A stretch of 41,372 nt of DNA. It comes from Candidatus Muiribacteriota bacterium. GTDB lineage: Bacteria > Muiribacteriota > Muiribacteriia > Muiribacteriales > Muiribacteriaceae. A program made the translations under genes and the position numbers. The DNA lies in assembly GCA_051747805.1 (NCBI GenBank), contig JBNJGP010000013.1:1-41372 (forward strand), read 5' to 3'. This document shows positions 1-8,514 of the stretch, piece by piece (position 1 is the first letter of the stretch; the number at the start of each line of letters is the position of its first letter). The notes beneath the pieces were generated by a model. That model saw nothing but the letters and a program-made list of their open reading frames with translations. It made no database searches and was not told the DNA's origin.

Positions 1-384
1 CCTGAAGAAAAAATTGTTTTTGATAATAAAGTGCTTGTTGCGGCAGGTTATAAACCTGGCTGGAGTACTGATTATGTTTCTACATTGCTAGCCTTAAAAT
101 TCAACTCTGATTATTTAATAAATTTATCAAATATTTATCATGTTTTTGATAAAGACCCTAATAAATTTTCAGACGCTGTAAAACTTGAAAAAACAGACTG
201 GAAAACTATGCAACAAATTGTTGGAACCGAGTGGACTCCGGGTTTGAATGCTCCTTTTGACCCTATTGCAACAAAATTATGCAGGGATAAAAACTTCCGG
301 GTGATTATTTCAAAAGGAACTGATTTAAATAATTTAGAAAAGATTTTATATAATCAACCCGCAAAATGCACAATTATTAAGTAA
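1..384 (+). CDS. pyrH: UMP kinase, archaeal/spirochaete type (C-terminal part; 5' end outside window)
   Basis: Frame is open from base 1. Motifs PGWSTD, INLSNI..VFDKDP.KF.DA and W.PGLNAPFDP.A are typical of archaeal-type UMP kinases. Confidence 0.85.
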   Translation, partial: PEEKIVFDNKVLVAAGYKPGWSTDYVSTLLALKFNSDYLINLSNIYHVFDKDPNKFSDAVKLEKTDWKTMQQIVGTEWTPGLNAPFDPIATKLCRDKNFRVIISKGTDLNNLEKILYNQPAKCTIIK

Positions 385-479
385 AAAATTGTAGAGCTAC
401 GAAAAAAAGTTCATTGAGAATTACCGGAATTATTAATTTTTATTTGAAAAATTTATATAAATATGGTAATTTTTTAATT

Positions 480-953
480 ATGAATATTTTTGAGCAGATT
501 TCAGATTTTATAAAATGTTCTTTTGCAGAATGTCAGGAGAATAACGAAGAGGCTGAAAAAAAGAAATTCCAGAAAGCACTTGGTGTGCTTCTATGGATAG
601 TTGGAAACGAAGATGGTGATTTTTCTGATTTTGAAAAAGATAAAGCTAAAAATATTTTATCAAACTATACAGGAATTTCTGAGCAGGAATTTAATTCGTT
701 TATGAAAACAATTGAAAAAACAGCCCGGGATAGAACCGATTTATTTGAGTTTACCCGAGCCATAAAAAAAGAATTTTCTCCCGAGCAGAAAATAAAATTC
801 TTAGATGAACTCTTTAGAATGGCATGTTCAGACGGTTCCCTTGATTATGAAGAAATTGAGGTAATCAAAAAAATTTCTTATCTACTTGCTATCAACAATG
901 TTGATTATATTAAATCAAAAACACGCATTATGAAAGAGTGTAATATTAATTAA
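480..953 (+). CDS. TerB-family (tellurite resistance/DjlA N-terminal-like) protein
   Basis: Two repeats of the TerB motif (DGDFSDFE and SDGSLDYEE..IKKI..LL). ATG at 480 preferred over the upstream TTG at 414. Confidence 0.75.
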   Translation: MNIFEQISDFIKCSFAECQENNEEAEKKKFQKALGVLLWIVGNEDGDFSDFEKDKAKNILSNYTGISEQEFNSFMKTIEKTARDRTDLFEFTRAIKKEFSPEQKIKFLDELFRMACSDGSLDYEEIEVIKKISYLLAINNVDYIKSKTRIMKECNIN

Positions 954-1034
954 TAAATCATATTCAAATTCCCGATAAAATATTAATAATACAGGAGGTT
1001 TAGGATATTTAATATATCCTGGTCTTTAACAAAT

Positions 1035-2267
1035 ATGAATAATTTTATTGAAAAAGTAGAGAATGAAGCTGTTGAACTTACAAAACAATTAATAAAAATT
1101 CCAAGCGGCCATAATGATGGTCCTTATATTTATGAATTTGCACTTGATTATCTTAAAAAAAGTGGTCTGGACGCAAAATTTCAGGAATTTGAAAACCCTT
1201 TTTTAACCTATAATACTGAGCTTAAAAATATAATTTTAAAAATTCAGGGAAAACGTGGTGGACCTAAAATTATGCTTAATGGTCATCTTGATACTGTATT
1301 GCCTAAAAAAGGGTGGTTTTATGATCCATATTCGGCTCATGAAACAGAAGATGGCAAAATATATGGTGTAGGTGCTGCCGATATGAAAGCCGGATGTGCC
1401 TCAATTATGGCCAGCGTAGTACATTTAATGAAAAACAGAGATAAAATAAAAGGAACACTGTTTTTGTCACTTGTGTTCGGCGAAGAAGCAGCCTATTCTT
1501 TTGGTTCAGATACTCTGCTTCGTGAGTTTCCTTTCAGGAATTTTGATTTTATAATTGTTCCCGAACCTTCACCAGTACTTGCAAAAAATTCCTATTGCAC
1601 CACACATAAAAAAATACATAAAACTAAATTTCCAGTTGTTATAATTGGAGCCGAAGGAAGAGTTCTATTTAATATAGAATTTTTTGGAAAATCTGCCCAT
1701 GCCTCACAACCAGGTCTAGGTATTAATGCTATTCATGATGCTTCTGAATTTATTAAGAGATTAGATGATTTTGACCTTTATTCCAACATAAAAATGGGAC
1801 GAGGACATTATAATACTTTAAGCATAAATGGTGGAGCCGAAGGATTTACAATTCCAGATTACTGCTCATTAGAGGTAAATCGTAATCTAATTGTTGGCGA
1901 AACCCCAAAAACCGCCCTGACTGAAATTAAAAGAGTAATAAAAAAAATTAAGCCTAGATGTAAAGTATTAGTTACAAAAAGATATACCCCCACTCCTGCG
2001 CATGAATACAACCCTTATATTTTTGTTAAGAATAAATGGATTAAAAAGTTCATGGAGTTCCTCCCTAGTGATGAAAAAAGTACAATTTGCCAATTCACAA
2101 CTAGAAGCGTTGGCGACTTTAATTTTTTTGGAACAAGATGCAAAGTACCAACACTGGTTTTTGGACCGGGAGGTGGAAATATTCATTCTATTAATGAGTA
2201 TGTTTATAAAAAAGATATAAAAAATACTACCAGATATATTTATAATTTTTTAGAATCCCAATATTAA
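1035..2267 (+). CDS. M20 family metallopeptidase/deacylase (ArgE/DapE-like)
   Basis: NGHLDTV, G.GAADMKAG, GEE, EP, GKSAHAS and FGPG...IH..NE motifs. Confidence 0.9.
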   Translation: MNNFIEKVENEAVELTKQLIKIPSGHNDGPYIYEFALDYLKKSGLDAKFQEFENPFLTYNTELKNIILKIQGKRGGPKIMLNGHLDTVLPKKGWFYDPYSAHETEDGKIYGVGAADMKAGCASIMASVVHLMKNRDKIKGTLFLSLVFGEEAAYSFGSDTLLREFPFRNFDFIIVPEPSPVLAKNSYCTTHKKIHKTKFPVVIIGAEGRVLFNIEFFGKSAHASQPGLGINAIHDASEFIKRLDDFDLYSNIKMGRGHYNTLSINGGAEGFTIPDYCSLEVNRNLIVGETPKTALTEIKRVIKKIKPRCKVLVTKRYTPTPAHEYNPYIFVKNKWIKKFMEFLPSDEKSTICQFTTRSVGDFNFFGTRCKVPTLVFGPGGGNIHSINEYVYKKDIKNTTRYIYNFLESQY

Positions 2268-2309
2268 AGTATGAAAGTAGGGCAAGCAGTACAGAACGAA
2301 TTTTAAGGT

Positions 2310-4523
2310 TTAACTGCTAAGTTTTTTTATCCAGGTATTTCTAACTTTTCCGGAGCTGTTTTTAACAGCATATGTAAAGCAGCTCCTTTTTCCAACCAGA
2401 ATGACCCCTTTTTTAGCCCTGGTTACAGCTGTATAAAGAAGTTGATTGTTCAGCATAAATTTATGCGAAGGAGTTAACGGAATAATTACCACTCCAAACT
2501 CACTTCCCTGTGATTTATGAACAGTTAAGGAAAAAGCATGTTCAAATATCTGAGAAACTTCACTAAAATCATATTCAATCACAAGCTCGGTATTTGTCTG
2601 AACATAAATTTTTTCTGATTTATGACAAATTTTTTTAATAATTCCCAGAGTACCATTAAAAATTCTTTCGGTAGAGGAATTATCCTCAGAAGGTTTATCA
2701 ATATTAAAATCTTTAATATTCCAGACTGTTTTGTCCTTGTTTTTGAGGTTAACTATTTTATCACCAGGAGAAAAAGTTATCTTTTTTTTATTAAAATTTT
2801 CTTTTTTAGAATAATTTGAGGCAGGATTAAATAAATTCTTAAGCTCAAAATTTAAATTATAAGTGCCCGCGGTTCCCTTTTTCATAGGGGATAAAATCTG
2901 AATATCCTCAAGTATATTTTCAATTCCCTCGTTTATATATTTAGAAGAAATTTTTATTATTTTTTCCAAAATATCCTGATTTACATCTTCACAATATTCT
3001 TTATCCTTCGCCTCGGCAAAATACCAGTCGGCATGAGTAGAACAGAATTCTTCAGGTATAATTCCCTTTCTTATCTGCCCTGCAAAAATATTTATTACAC
3101 TATCCCGATCCTGCCTGAAAACTTCTTCAAGTTTTTCAAATGATGAAATATTATAGTTTATTACATCAGAAAATACATTACCCGGACCAATCGGAGGCAG
3201 CTGAGCATCGTCACCACATAGTATAAAGGTAGTTTTATCATCTAAAGCACGAATAAGACAGTAAAATAACTCAGAATTCACCATTCCAGCCTCATCAAGT
3301 AATACTACATCAGCCTCGAGCTTATTGAATTTATCATAAGTAAACTCCTTACCATTATATCCAAGCAAAGAATGAATTGTATAACATGGGAACCCCGTAA
3401 CCGAAGAAAGTCTTCTTGCGGCGACACCACTGAAAGCTGTTCCTACAATTTTTCCAGCATTATAGGTTTCAAGAAGTTCAAGAATAACTCTGGTAACAGT
3501 TGTTTTACCAGTTCCTGCATAACCAGTTACAGCATATATTTTTGAGTTAACAGCCTCTTTTACTGTTTTTATCTGCAAATCAGATAACTTAAATCCTTCT
3601 CTCTTTTCATAGTCTTTTATAAAACTTAAAATACTATCATCGGTAAGATTCAGATTTTTATCATCTCGTTTTAATTCAAGAAATTCAATAATTTTTTCCT
3701 CAAAATACTTATACTTTCTGAGAGCAATAAAATTTTCTTCAACAACAAAACTTTCAGAATTATTGAGTTTTTCAACAACATTTTCTTTATAATCTTCTGA
3801 ATATTGAACCTTTGATAATTTAAAATGTTTTTTAACAAAAAAATTTATATCAACAAGTGTATTGCCACCTTCCTGGGCAATTTTTTCAAGAATATAATGA
3901 GCAATTGCAATTATTCGCATATTAGAATCTTTTTCTATGCCTAAATTAAGAGCAAAAGAATCAATCTTATAAAAAGGCATATTAGAAATATCTATAATTA
4001 TATAGGGATTATTTTTAATAACATCAACTGAATCATCACCATAAATATTGTAAATTGTCCTTATAGCTTCTGGAGTGAGACCGTTATTTCCCATGAATGA
4101 TGAAAGTTTTCTCAAGTTGGAGTTTTTTCTCCAGGACTCAATTATTGTATTTAATCGTTTAGTTCCTATTCCCGGCATCTGTTTAAGTTTATAGGGATTA
4201 TTGTTAAGAATTTCTTCAATTTCATCGCTTCCAAATTTTTCAATAAGCTCAAGAGCCATGCTCTCACCAATTCCTTTAACAATACGGGTAAGAAAAAAAA
4301 ACATTTCATCTGTAAGCATTTGACTGGAATCAAATCTGAAAACTTTACCATATTTGCTGTTATGCCAGTTTCCAACAAATTTGAAGTTAATTCCCTTTAC
4401 ATCAAAATCTTCCCCGATCATAATATTACCGGTAGCTTTAATTCCTCTGCCTAAATCAAGCACATGAAAAGAACCGTTTTTATATATAACCCATTTAACC
4501 TCAGCCTGAATAACTTCACTCAT
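2310..4523 (-). CDS. recD2: RecD2-like ATP-dependent DNA helicase
   Basis: N-terminal HhH region (GIGES, PGIGTKR), Walker A TGYAGTGKTT, DEAGMV, GDDAQLPPIGPG, FRQ, TVHKSQGSEF, LLYTAVTRAK. Confidence 0.93.
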   Translation of the reverse strand: MSEVIQAEVKWVIYKNGSFHVLDLGRGIKATGNIMIGEDFDVKGINFKFVGNWHNSKYGKVFRFDSSQMLTDEMFFFLTRIVKGIGESMALELIEKFGSDEIEEILNNNPYKLKQMPGIGTKRLNTIIESWRKNSNLRKLSSFMGNNGLTPEAIRTIYNIYGDDSVDVIKNNPYIIIDISNMPFYKIDSFALNLGIEKDSNMRIIAIAHYILEKIAQEGGNTLVDINFFVKKHFKLSKVQYSEDYKENVVEKLNNSESFVVEENFIALRKYKYFEEKIIEFLELKRDDKNLNLTDDSILSFIKDYEKREGFKLSDLQIKTVKEAVNSKIYAVTGYAGTGKTTVTRVILELLETYNAGKIVGTAFSGVAARRLSSVTGFPCYTIHSLLGYNGKEFTYDKFNKLEADVVLLDEAGMVNSELFYCLIRALDDKTTFILCGDDAQLPPIGPGNVFSDVINYNISSFEKLEEVFRQDRDSVINIFAGQIRKGIIPEEFCSTHADWYFAEAKDKEYCEDVNQDILEKIIKISSKYINEGIENILEDIQILSPMKKGTAGTYNLNFELKNLFNPASNYSKKENFNKKKITFSPGDKIVNLKNKDKTVWNIKDFNIDKPSEDNSSTERIFNGTLGIIKKICHKSEKIYVQTNTELVIEYDFSEVSQIFEHAFSLTVHKSQGSEFGVVIIPLTPSHKFMLNNQLLYTAVTRAKKGVILVGKRSCFTYAVKNSSGKVRNTWIKKLSS

Positions 4524-4574
4524 AAACTTATAATATCACAAAAGAGGTTAAATAGCATAATAAAACCACTAATT

Positions 4575-6599
4575 CTAAGGCAATCTGGGCATTGGATCAA
4601 GTCTCTGATCATTTTTTCTGGTTTCAAAATGCAGATGAGGCCCAGTTGAGGCACCTGTTGTGCCAACACTACCAATACGCTGTCCACTGCTTACAGACTG
4701 TCCATGACTAACTGAAAAGTTATGCATATGCATATATACAGTTTCTCTGCCAGCTCCATGATTTACAATCATCATATTACCAGCACCGCCTGAATAAGCT
4801 CTATGAGTTATTCTTCCATTTGCAGGCGAGATAATTTCGTGCCCAGTAGGAGCTCCAATATCAATACCCCAGTGCATTTTTCTTTTACCAGTTATTGGAT
4901 GTGTTCGATGACCGTATGGAGAAGTAATTCTACGAGAGCTTGTAGGCCATATATAATCAGAAGAACTACTTGATGTAACATTGACCTGTGTAGTTTCAGA
5001 TGCTGAAGTTGAAGAGGCTCCATCAGAGTCAACCTTTAATACAGTCCCAACATGTAAAGTTTCGTTTACAGACATATTATTAAGTTGAGCCAGCTGATTA
5101 ACTGTCATACCATGTGCCTGAGCAATATGGGTTAAATTATCACCTGATTTAACAGTATAGGTTGAAGTGGAATCATTGGAATCAGAATCATTAGATGAAT
5201 CATCAGAACTACTTTCAGAAACTGAATCAGATGAAGAAGCACCAACAGACTGAGCCACAGGAGTAACAATGGTTATTTCAGGCTCCACTTCGACAGTTTC
5301 ATCAGGTAAATTATTCATATAATCATAATAATCCTGAATCAACTCATTCCACCTGGTATTCTCTGCAAAAATAGATTTTTCATACTCTTCTTTATCTATT
5401 GAATAAGGCCTGACTAAAAAATTATCATCATCATTATCATTATCGGCTCTTCTGTATAACGGGAAATATATAGAAAGTCCGCCAACAGTAGGCTGTCGCA
5501 TTCCTGTAGTTTGATTAAATCCAATTAATCCAGTTGATTCTATATGACTTTTTACCATGGAGGCTGCTGTTTTAATTTTATTATTTACATCCTCAAATTC
5601 AAGTTCAATATTGGCCATAAACTCAACCATATCAAGCATATAAACATGATTATAATACCTGAGTGTTCTATCTGCTGCCGCATGAAGTTTTTCATAGTTT
5701 TTTTCATCTGCCATAATTGCATCAACAAGGTCATCAATTCGTTGGTTTATAAGCATAAAAGCTCTTTCACGCAGGTTTATAACAGAAAGCTGTGTTTCCT
5801 CTTCACCATCAAAATTATTTATAAAACCTTCTCCCATAAGTTTAGCTGCATCAAGACCTGATAGATTTCTGTTAGTATTTTTAATTTCTTCTAAAGTTTC
5901 TTTATAAGGAAAATCACCTTTTATCATATTACCCTGTGGTCCCGCCAGTGCATCAACTCTATTCATACTAAGTTCGTAGGAAAGTTCATAATTAGCCATA
6001 AAAGCTGAATCAAAAAAAACTAAATCAATATTTTCTTTATTTTGGTTAAGCATATTATCCAGGGCAACCTGAAAAATTCTTCCAAGCTCATAACCAGCAA
6101 CAAACTGACTCATATCTTCTTTCCATGGAACATTATTAAAACCAGAGCCTACTCCCCAGAGTATTACCATATAGTTTCGTGCTGGAAAAAGATTCTGATT
6201 CAAAGCAATAAACGAGGCAAGATTAACAGGGTCCCCTGACTGAATATTATCCATTTCAGTCATAACTTTAGAATTTATATTTTCAATATCAGAATTTTCC
6301 TCAATATAATACATAGATGTTGATTTTGAATGTTGTGAGTTAATACCTCTGTTTTTTTCAACCCGAACCGGAGGGCCGTCTCCAACATACTCCCATTCAT
6401 AATCATCCCATTTATCAAGCAAAGCTACTATATGCATATCAGAATCAGAACCGACTAATTCAAGCTCGTTAATGACAGCTTCAGCCTCTTCATAATTATC
6501 ATCATCAGCTACCATATACATTAAAACGGTCCAGTCTGCCTGCGCATTAACTGTTAATGAAATAAAACAGAATAATAATATAAATAATATTTTTTTCAT
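4575..6599 (-). CDS. Exported fusion protein: clostripain (C11)-like domain + Ser-rich linker + LysM + M23 peptidase
   Basis: Signal peptide (..VNA-Q); WTVLMYM.ADD and GDP..L..FI....FPA..Y.VILW clostripain-like segments; LysM YTVKSGDNL..IA..HG.TV.QL..LN; M23 HWGID, YMH, STGPHLHFE. Confidence 0.85.
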   Translation of the reverse strand: MKKILFILLFCFISLTVNAQADWTVLMYMVADDDNYEEAEAVINELELVGSDSDMHIVALLDKWDDYEWEYVGDGPPVRVEKNRGINSQHSKSTSMYYIEENSDIENINSKVMTEMDNIQSGDPVNLASFIALNQNLFPARNYMVILWGVGSGFNNVPWKEDMSQFVAGYELGRIFQVALDNMLNQNKENIDLVFFDSAFMANYELSYELSMNRVDALAGPQGNMIKGDFPYKETLEEIKNTNRNLSGLDAAKLMGEGFINNFDGEEETQLSVINLRERAFMLINQRIDDLVDAIMADEKNYEKLHAAADRTLRYYNHVYMLDMVEFMANIELEFEDVNNKIKTAASMVKSHIESTGLIGFNQTTGMRQPTVGGLSIYFPLYRRADNDNDDDNFLVRPYSIDKEEYEKSIFAENTRWNELIQDYYDYMNNLPDETVEVEPEITIVTPVAQSVGASSSDSVSESSSDDSSNDSDSNDSTSTYTVKSGDNLTHIAQAHGMTVNQLAQLNNMSVNETLHVGTVLKVDSDGASSTSASETTQVNVTSSSSSDYIWPTSSRRITSPYGHRTHPITGKRKMHWGIDIGAPTGHEIISPANGRITHRAYSGGAGNMMIVNHGAGRETVYMHMHNFSVSHGQSVSSGQRIGSVGTTGASTGPHLHFETRKNDQRLDPMPRLP

Positions 6600-6748
6600 A
6601 AATTACCCCCTGATATTAACTAATAAATTTTTTCTATAGTTTAAGTATAACGTATTAGTTGAATGTGAGCAATTGAAATATTTGATTTAGACAAATAACA
6701 TATTTAACTATATAGTTTAACTAAACAGTTAAAAAAGAGAGTGCATAT

Positions 6749-6785
6749 ACCAATAAAGGATTTGTGAATAAATTGAGAATTGCTG
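6749..6785 (-). repeat. Solitary end of the hairpin element at 17368-17494
   Basis: accaataaaggatttgtgaataaattgagaattgctg matches the reverse complement of 17368-17404 at 32 of 37 positions, including the full 14-bp terminal repeat. Confidence 0.75.
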
Positions 6786-6797
6786 TTTTATCTTTTA

Positions 6798-7583
6798 TTA
6801 CTTTGTTGGAAATAAAAAGGTAAGCACTTCCCAAAACCTTTCCTGCCATGCTTTTTCGTGATGAGTTGCTCCTTCATATTCTTTATATAAAAAAGAACCT
6901 GGAGAAAACCCATTATTCTGAAGTTTCTGCACAAGTTTTCTTGCATCCATTAACATAATTTTTGATTCCTGTGCAGTTTCACCCTCATTTTTTCCCATAT
7001 CTATCCATAATTTTATTTTTTTTCTCTCTTTTATTTCCCCAAGAATTTTTCTATCTGACCACCATATTGATGGAGAAATCACAGCAGCTTTTCCAAAAAC
7101 AAGCGGTTTTTTATAGGATGCCCATAATGAAAATAATCCCCCGAGAGAACTTCCGCCAATTGCTGTATTATATGGTTTTACCTTACAACGATATTTCTTA
7201 TTTATAAATGGTTGAATTTTCTGGGTTATTCCTTCAAGATATTCAGTAGCTTTTCCTCCGGCACCTTGTTTTTCATCAAAATAGGGACTGTAATCATCTA
7301 TTCTTTTTTCTCCTCTATTTGCAATTCCAACTATAATCAAAGGTTCAATTTTTTGTTCTTTAATAAGCTTATCAGCCTGTTTATCAGCCTCCCACGCAAC
7401 GTTTGAAAATGAAGTTTCTGGATCAAAAAGATTCTGTCCATCATGAAGATAAAAAACTGGATATTTTTTTCTAATTTCAAATTTATATTCCTGCGGCAGG
7501 TGCACAAAAATTGTCCATTCATCTATTTGATGTTTTAAAAGATTGTTATTTGTATTATTAAACTGAGCATCGATTGGTAACAT
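6798..7583 (-). CDS. Alpha/beta hydrolase, putative esterase (IroE/Fes-like family)
   Basis: YPVFYLHDGQNLFD, GGSSLGG nucleophile elbow, SPSIWW, H.EKAW. Confidence 0.88.
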   Translation of the reverse strand: MLPIDAQFNNTNNNLLKHQIDEWTIFVHLPQEYKFEIRKKYPVFYLHDGQNLFDPETSFSNVAWEADKQADKLIKEQKIEPLIIVGIANRGEKRIDDYSPYFDEKQGAGGKATEYLEGITQKIQPFINKKYRCKVKPYNTAIGGSSLGGLFSLWASYKKPLVFGKAAVISPSIWWSDRKILGEIKERKKIKLWIDMGKNEGETAQESKIMLMDARKLVQKLQNNGFSPGSFLYKEYEGATHHEKAWQERFWEVLTFLFPTK

Positions 7584-7689
7584 ATTATAGCCTCCAGTAT
7601 CTATATTGTAACTTGAGTTTATATTTAGAATTACCTACTAAATTATCTATCTATTTTAATTATCGGTTATTTATGATAAAATTTTTATT

Positions 7690-8514
7690 ATGGATAATTT
7701 TTTTCCAATTATCAAAAATATACTCATCGTATTGATTTTATTTTTCACTTTTATTCTTGTTTTTTTTAGATTTTTTCAGAATAAACTAATTTTTTTTCCT
7801 GTAAAAAGTTTATCAATAACACCAAAAAATTATAATTTAGATTTTGAAAATATTATAATAAAAACTGATAATAATTTTATTGTACGAGGTTGGTTTATTC
7901 CTGGTGATAAAAATAGAGAAACAATTTTATTTAATTATGGTAATGGTGGCAATATGTCTTATCATATTGATAGAGCCGCCTTTTATAATAAACTGGGTTT
8001 TAATTCTCTTTTTTTTGATTATCCCGGTTATGGAAAAACAGAGGGTAAGTTAACCGAAAACAACTTATATTCATCTGCAGAAAACTGCTATAATTATTTA
8101 ATAAATGAAAAAGAAATACAAGAAAGCGATATTATTATATGGGGCTGGTCATTAGGATGCGCTCCTGCTGCAAAATTGGCCTCTAAAAATAATCCCAAAG
8201 CACTTATTGTGGAATCAGGATTTACCCAAATTAAAGAAATTGGTGGTTATCACTATCCATTTCTTCCGATAAAACAAATGGCCAGATATTATTTTCCGAC
8301 AGTTGATTTTATAAAAAAAGTTGATATTCCTATGCTTTTTATTCATTCAGCTGATGATGAAATAATCCCCTTTTTTATGGGGAAAAAACTTTTTGAAGAG
8401 GCTGAAGGAGATAAAAAATTCGTTACAATAAACGGAAGCCATAACGATTCTTTTTTTGTTTCAAAAAGTATTATTGAAAATAACCTCAGCCTATTTTTAG
8501 AGAATTTTTTTTAA
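7690..8514 (+). CDS. Membrane-anchored alpha/beta hydrolase (BEM46/ABHD13-like)
   Basis: N-terminal TM helix, GNGGN, DYPGYGKTEG, GWSLG, HS.DDEIIP, G.HND. Confidence 0.88.
   Translation: MDNFFPIIKNILIVLILFFTFILVFFRFFQNKLIFFPVKSLSITPKNYNLDFENIIIKTDNNFIVRGWFIPGDKNRETILFNYGNGGNMSYHIDRAAFYNKLGFNSLFFDYPGYGKTEGKLTENNLYSSAENCYNYLINEKEIQESDIIIWGWSLGCAPAAKLASKNNPKALIVESGFTQIKEIGGYHYPFLPIKQMARYYFPTVDFIKKVDIPMLFIHSADDEIIPFFMGKKLFEEAEGDKKFVTINGSHNDSFFVSKSIIENNLSLFLENFF

Noticed and set aside
414..479. TTG start extension of the TerB-like ORF, and attgagaatt at 413-422 as another element end
   Set aside because: The extension is low-complexity AT-rich sequence without an RBS; the 10-bp match to the terminal repeat is too short in this base composition.
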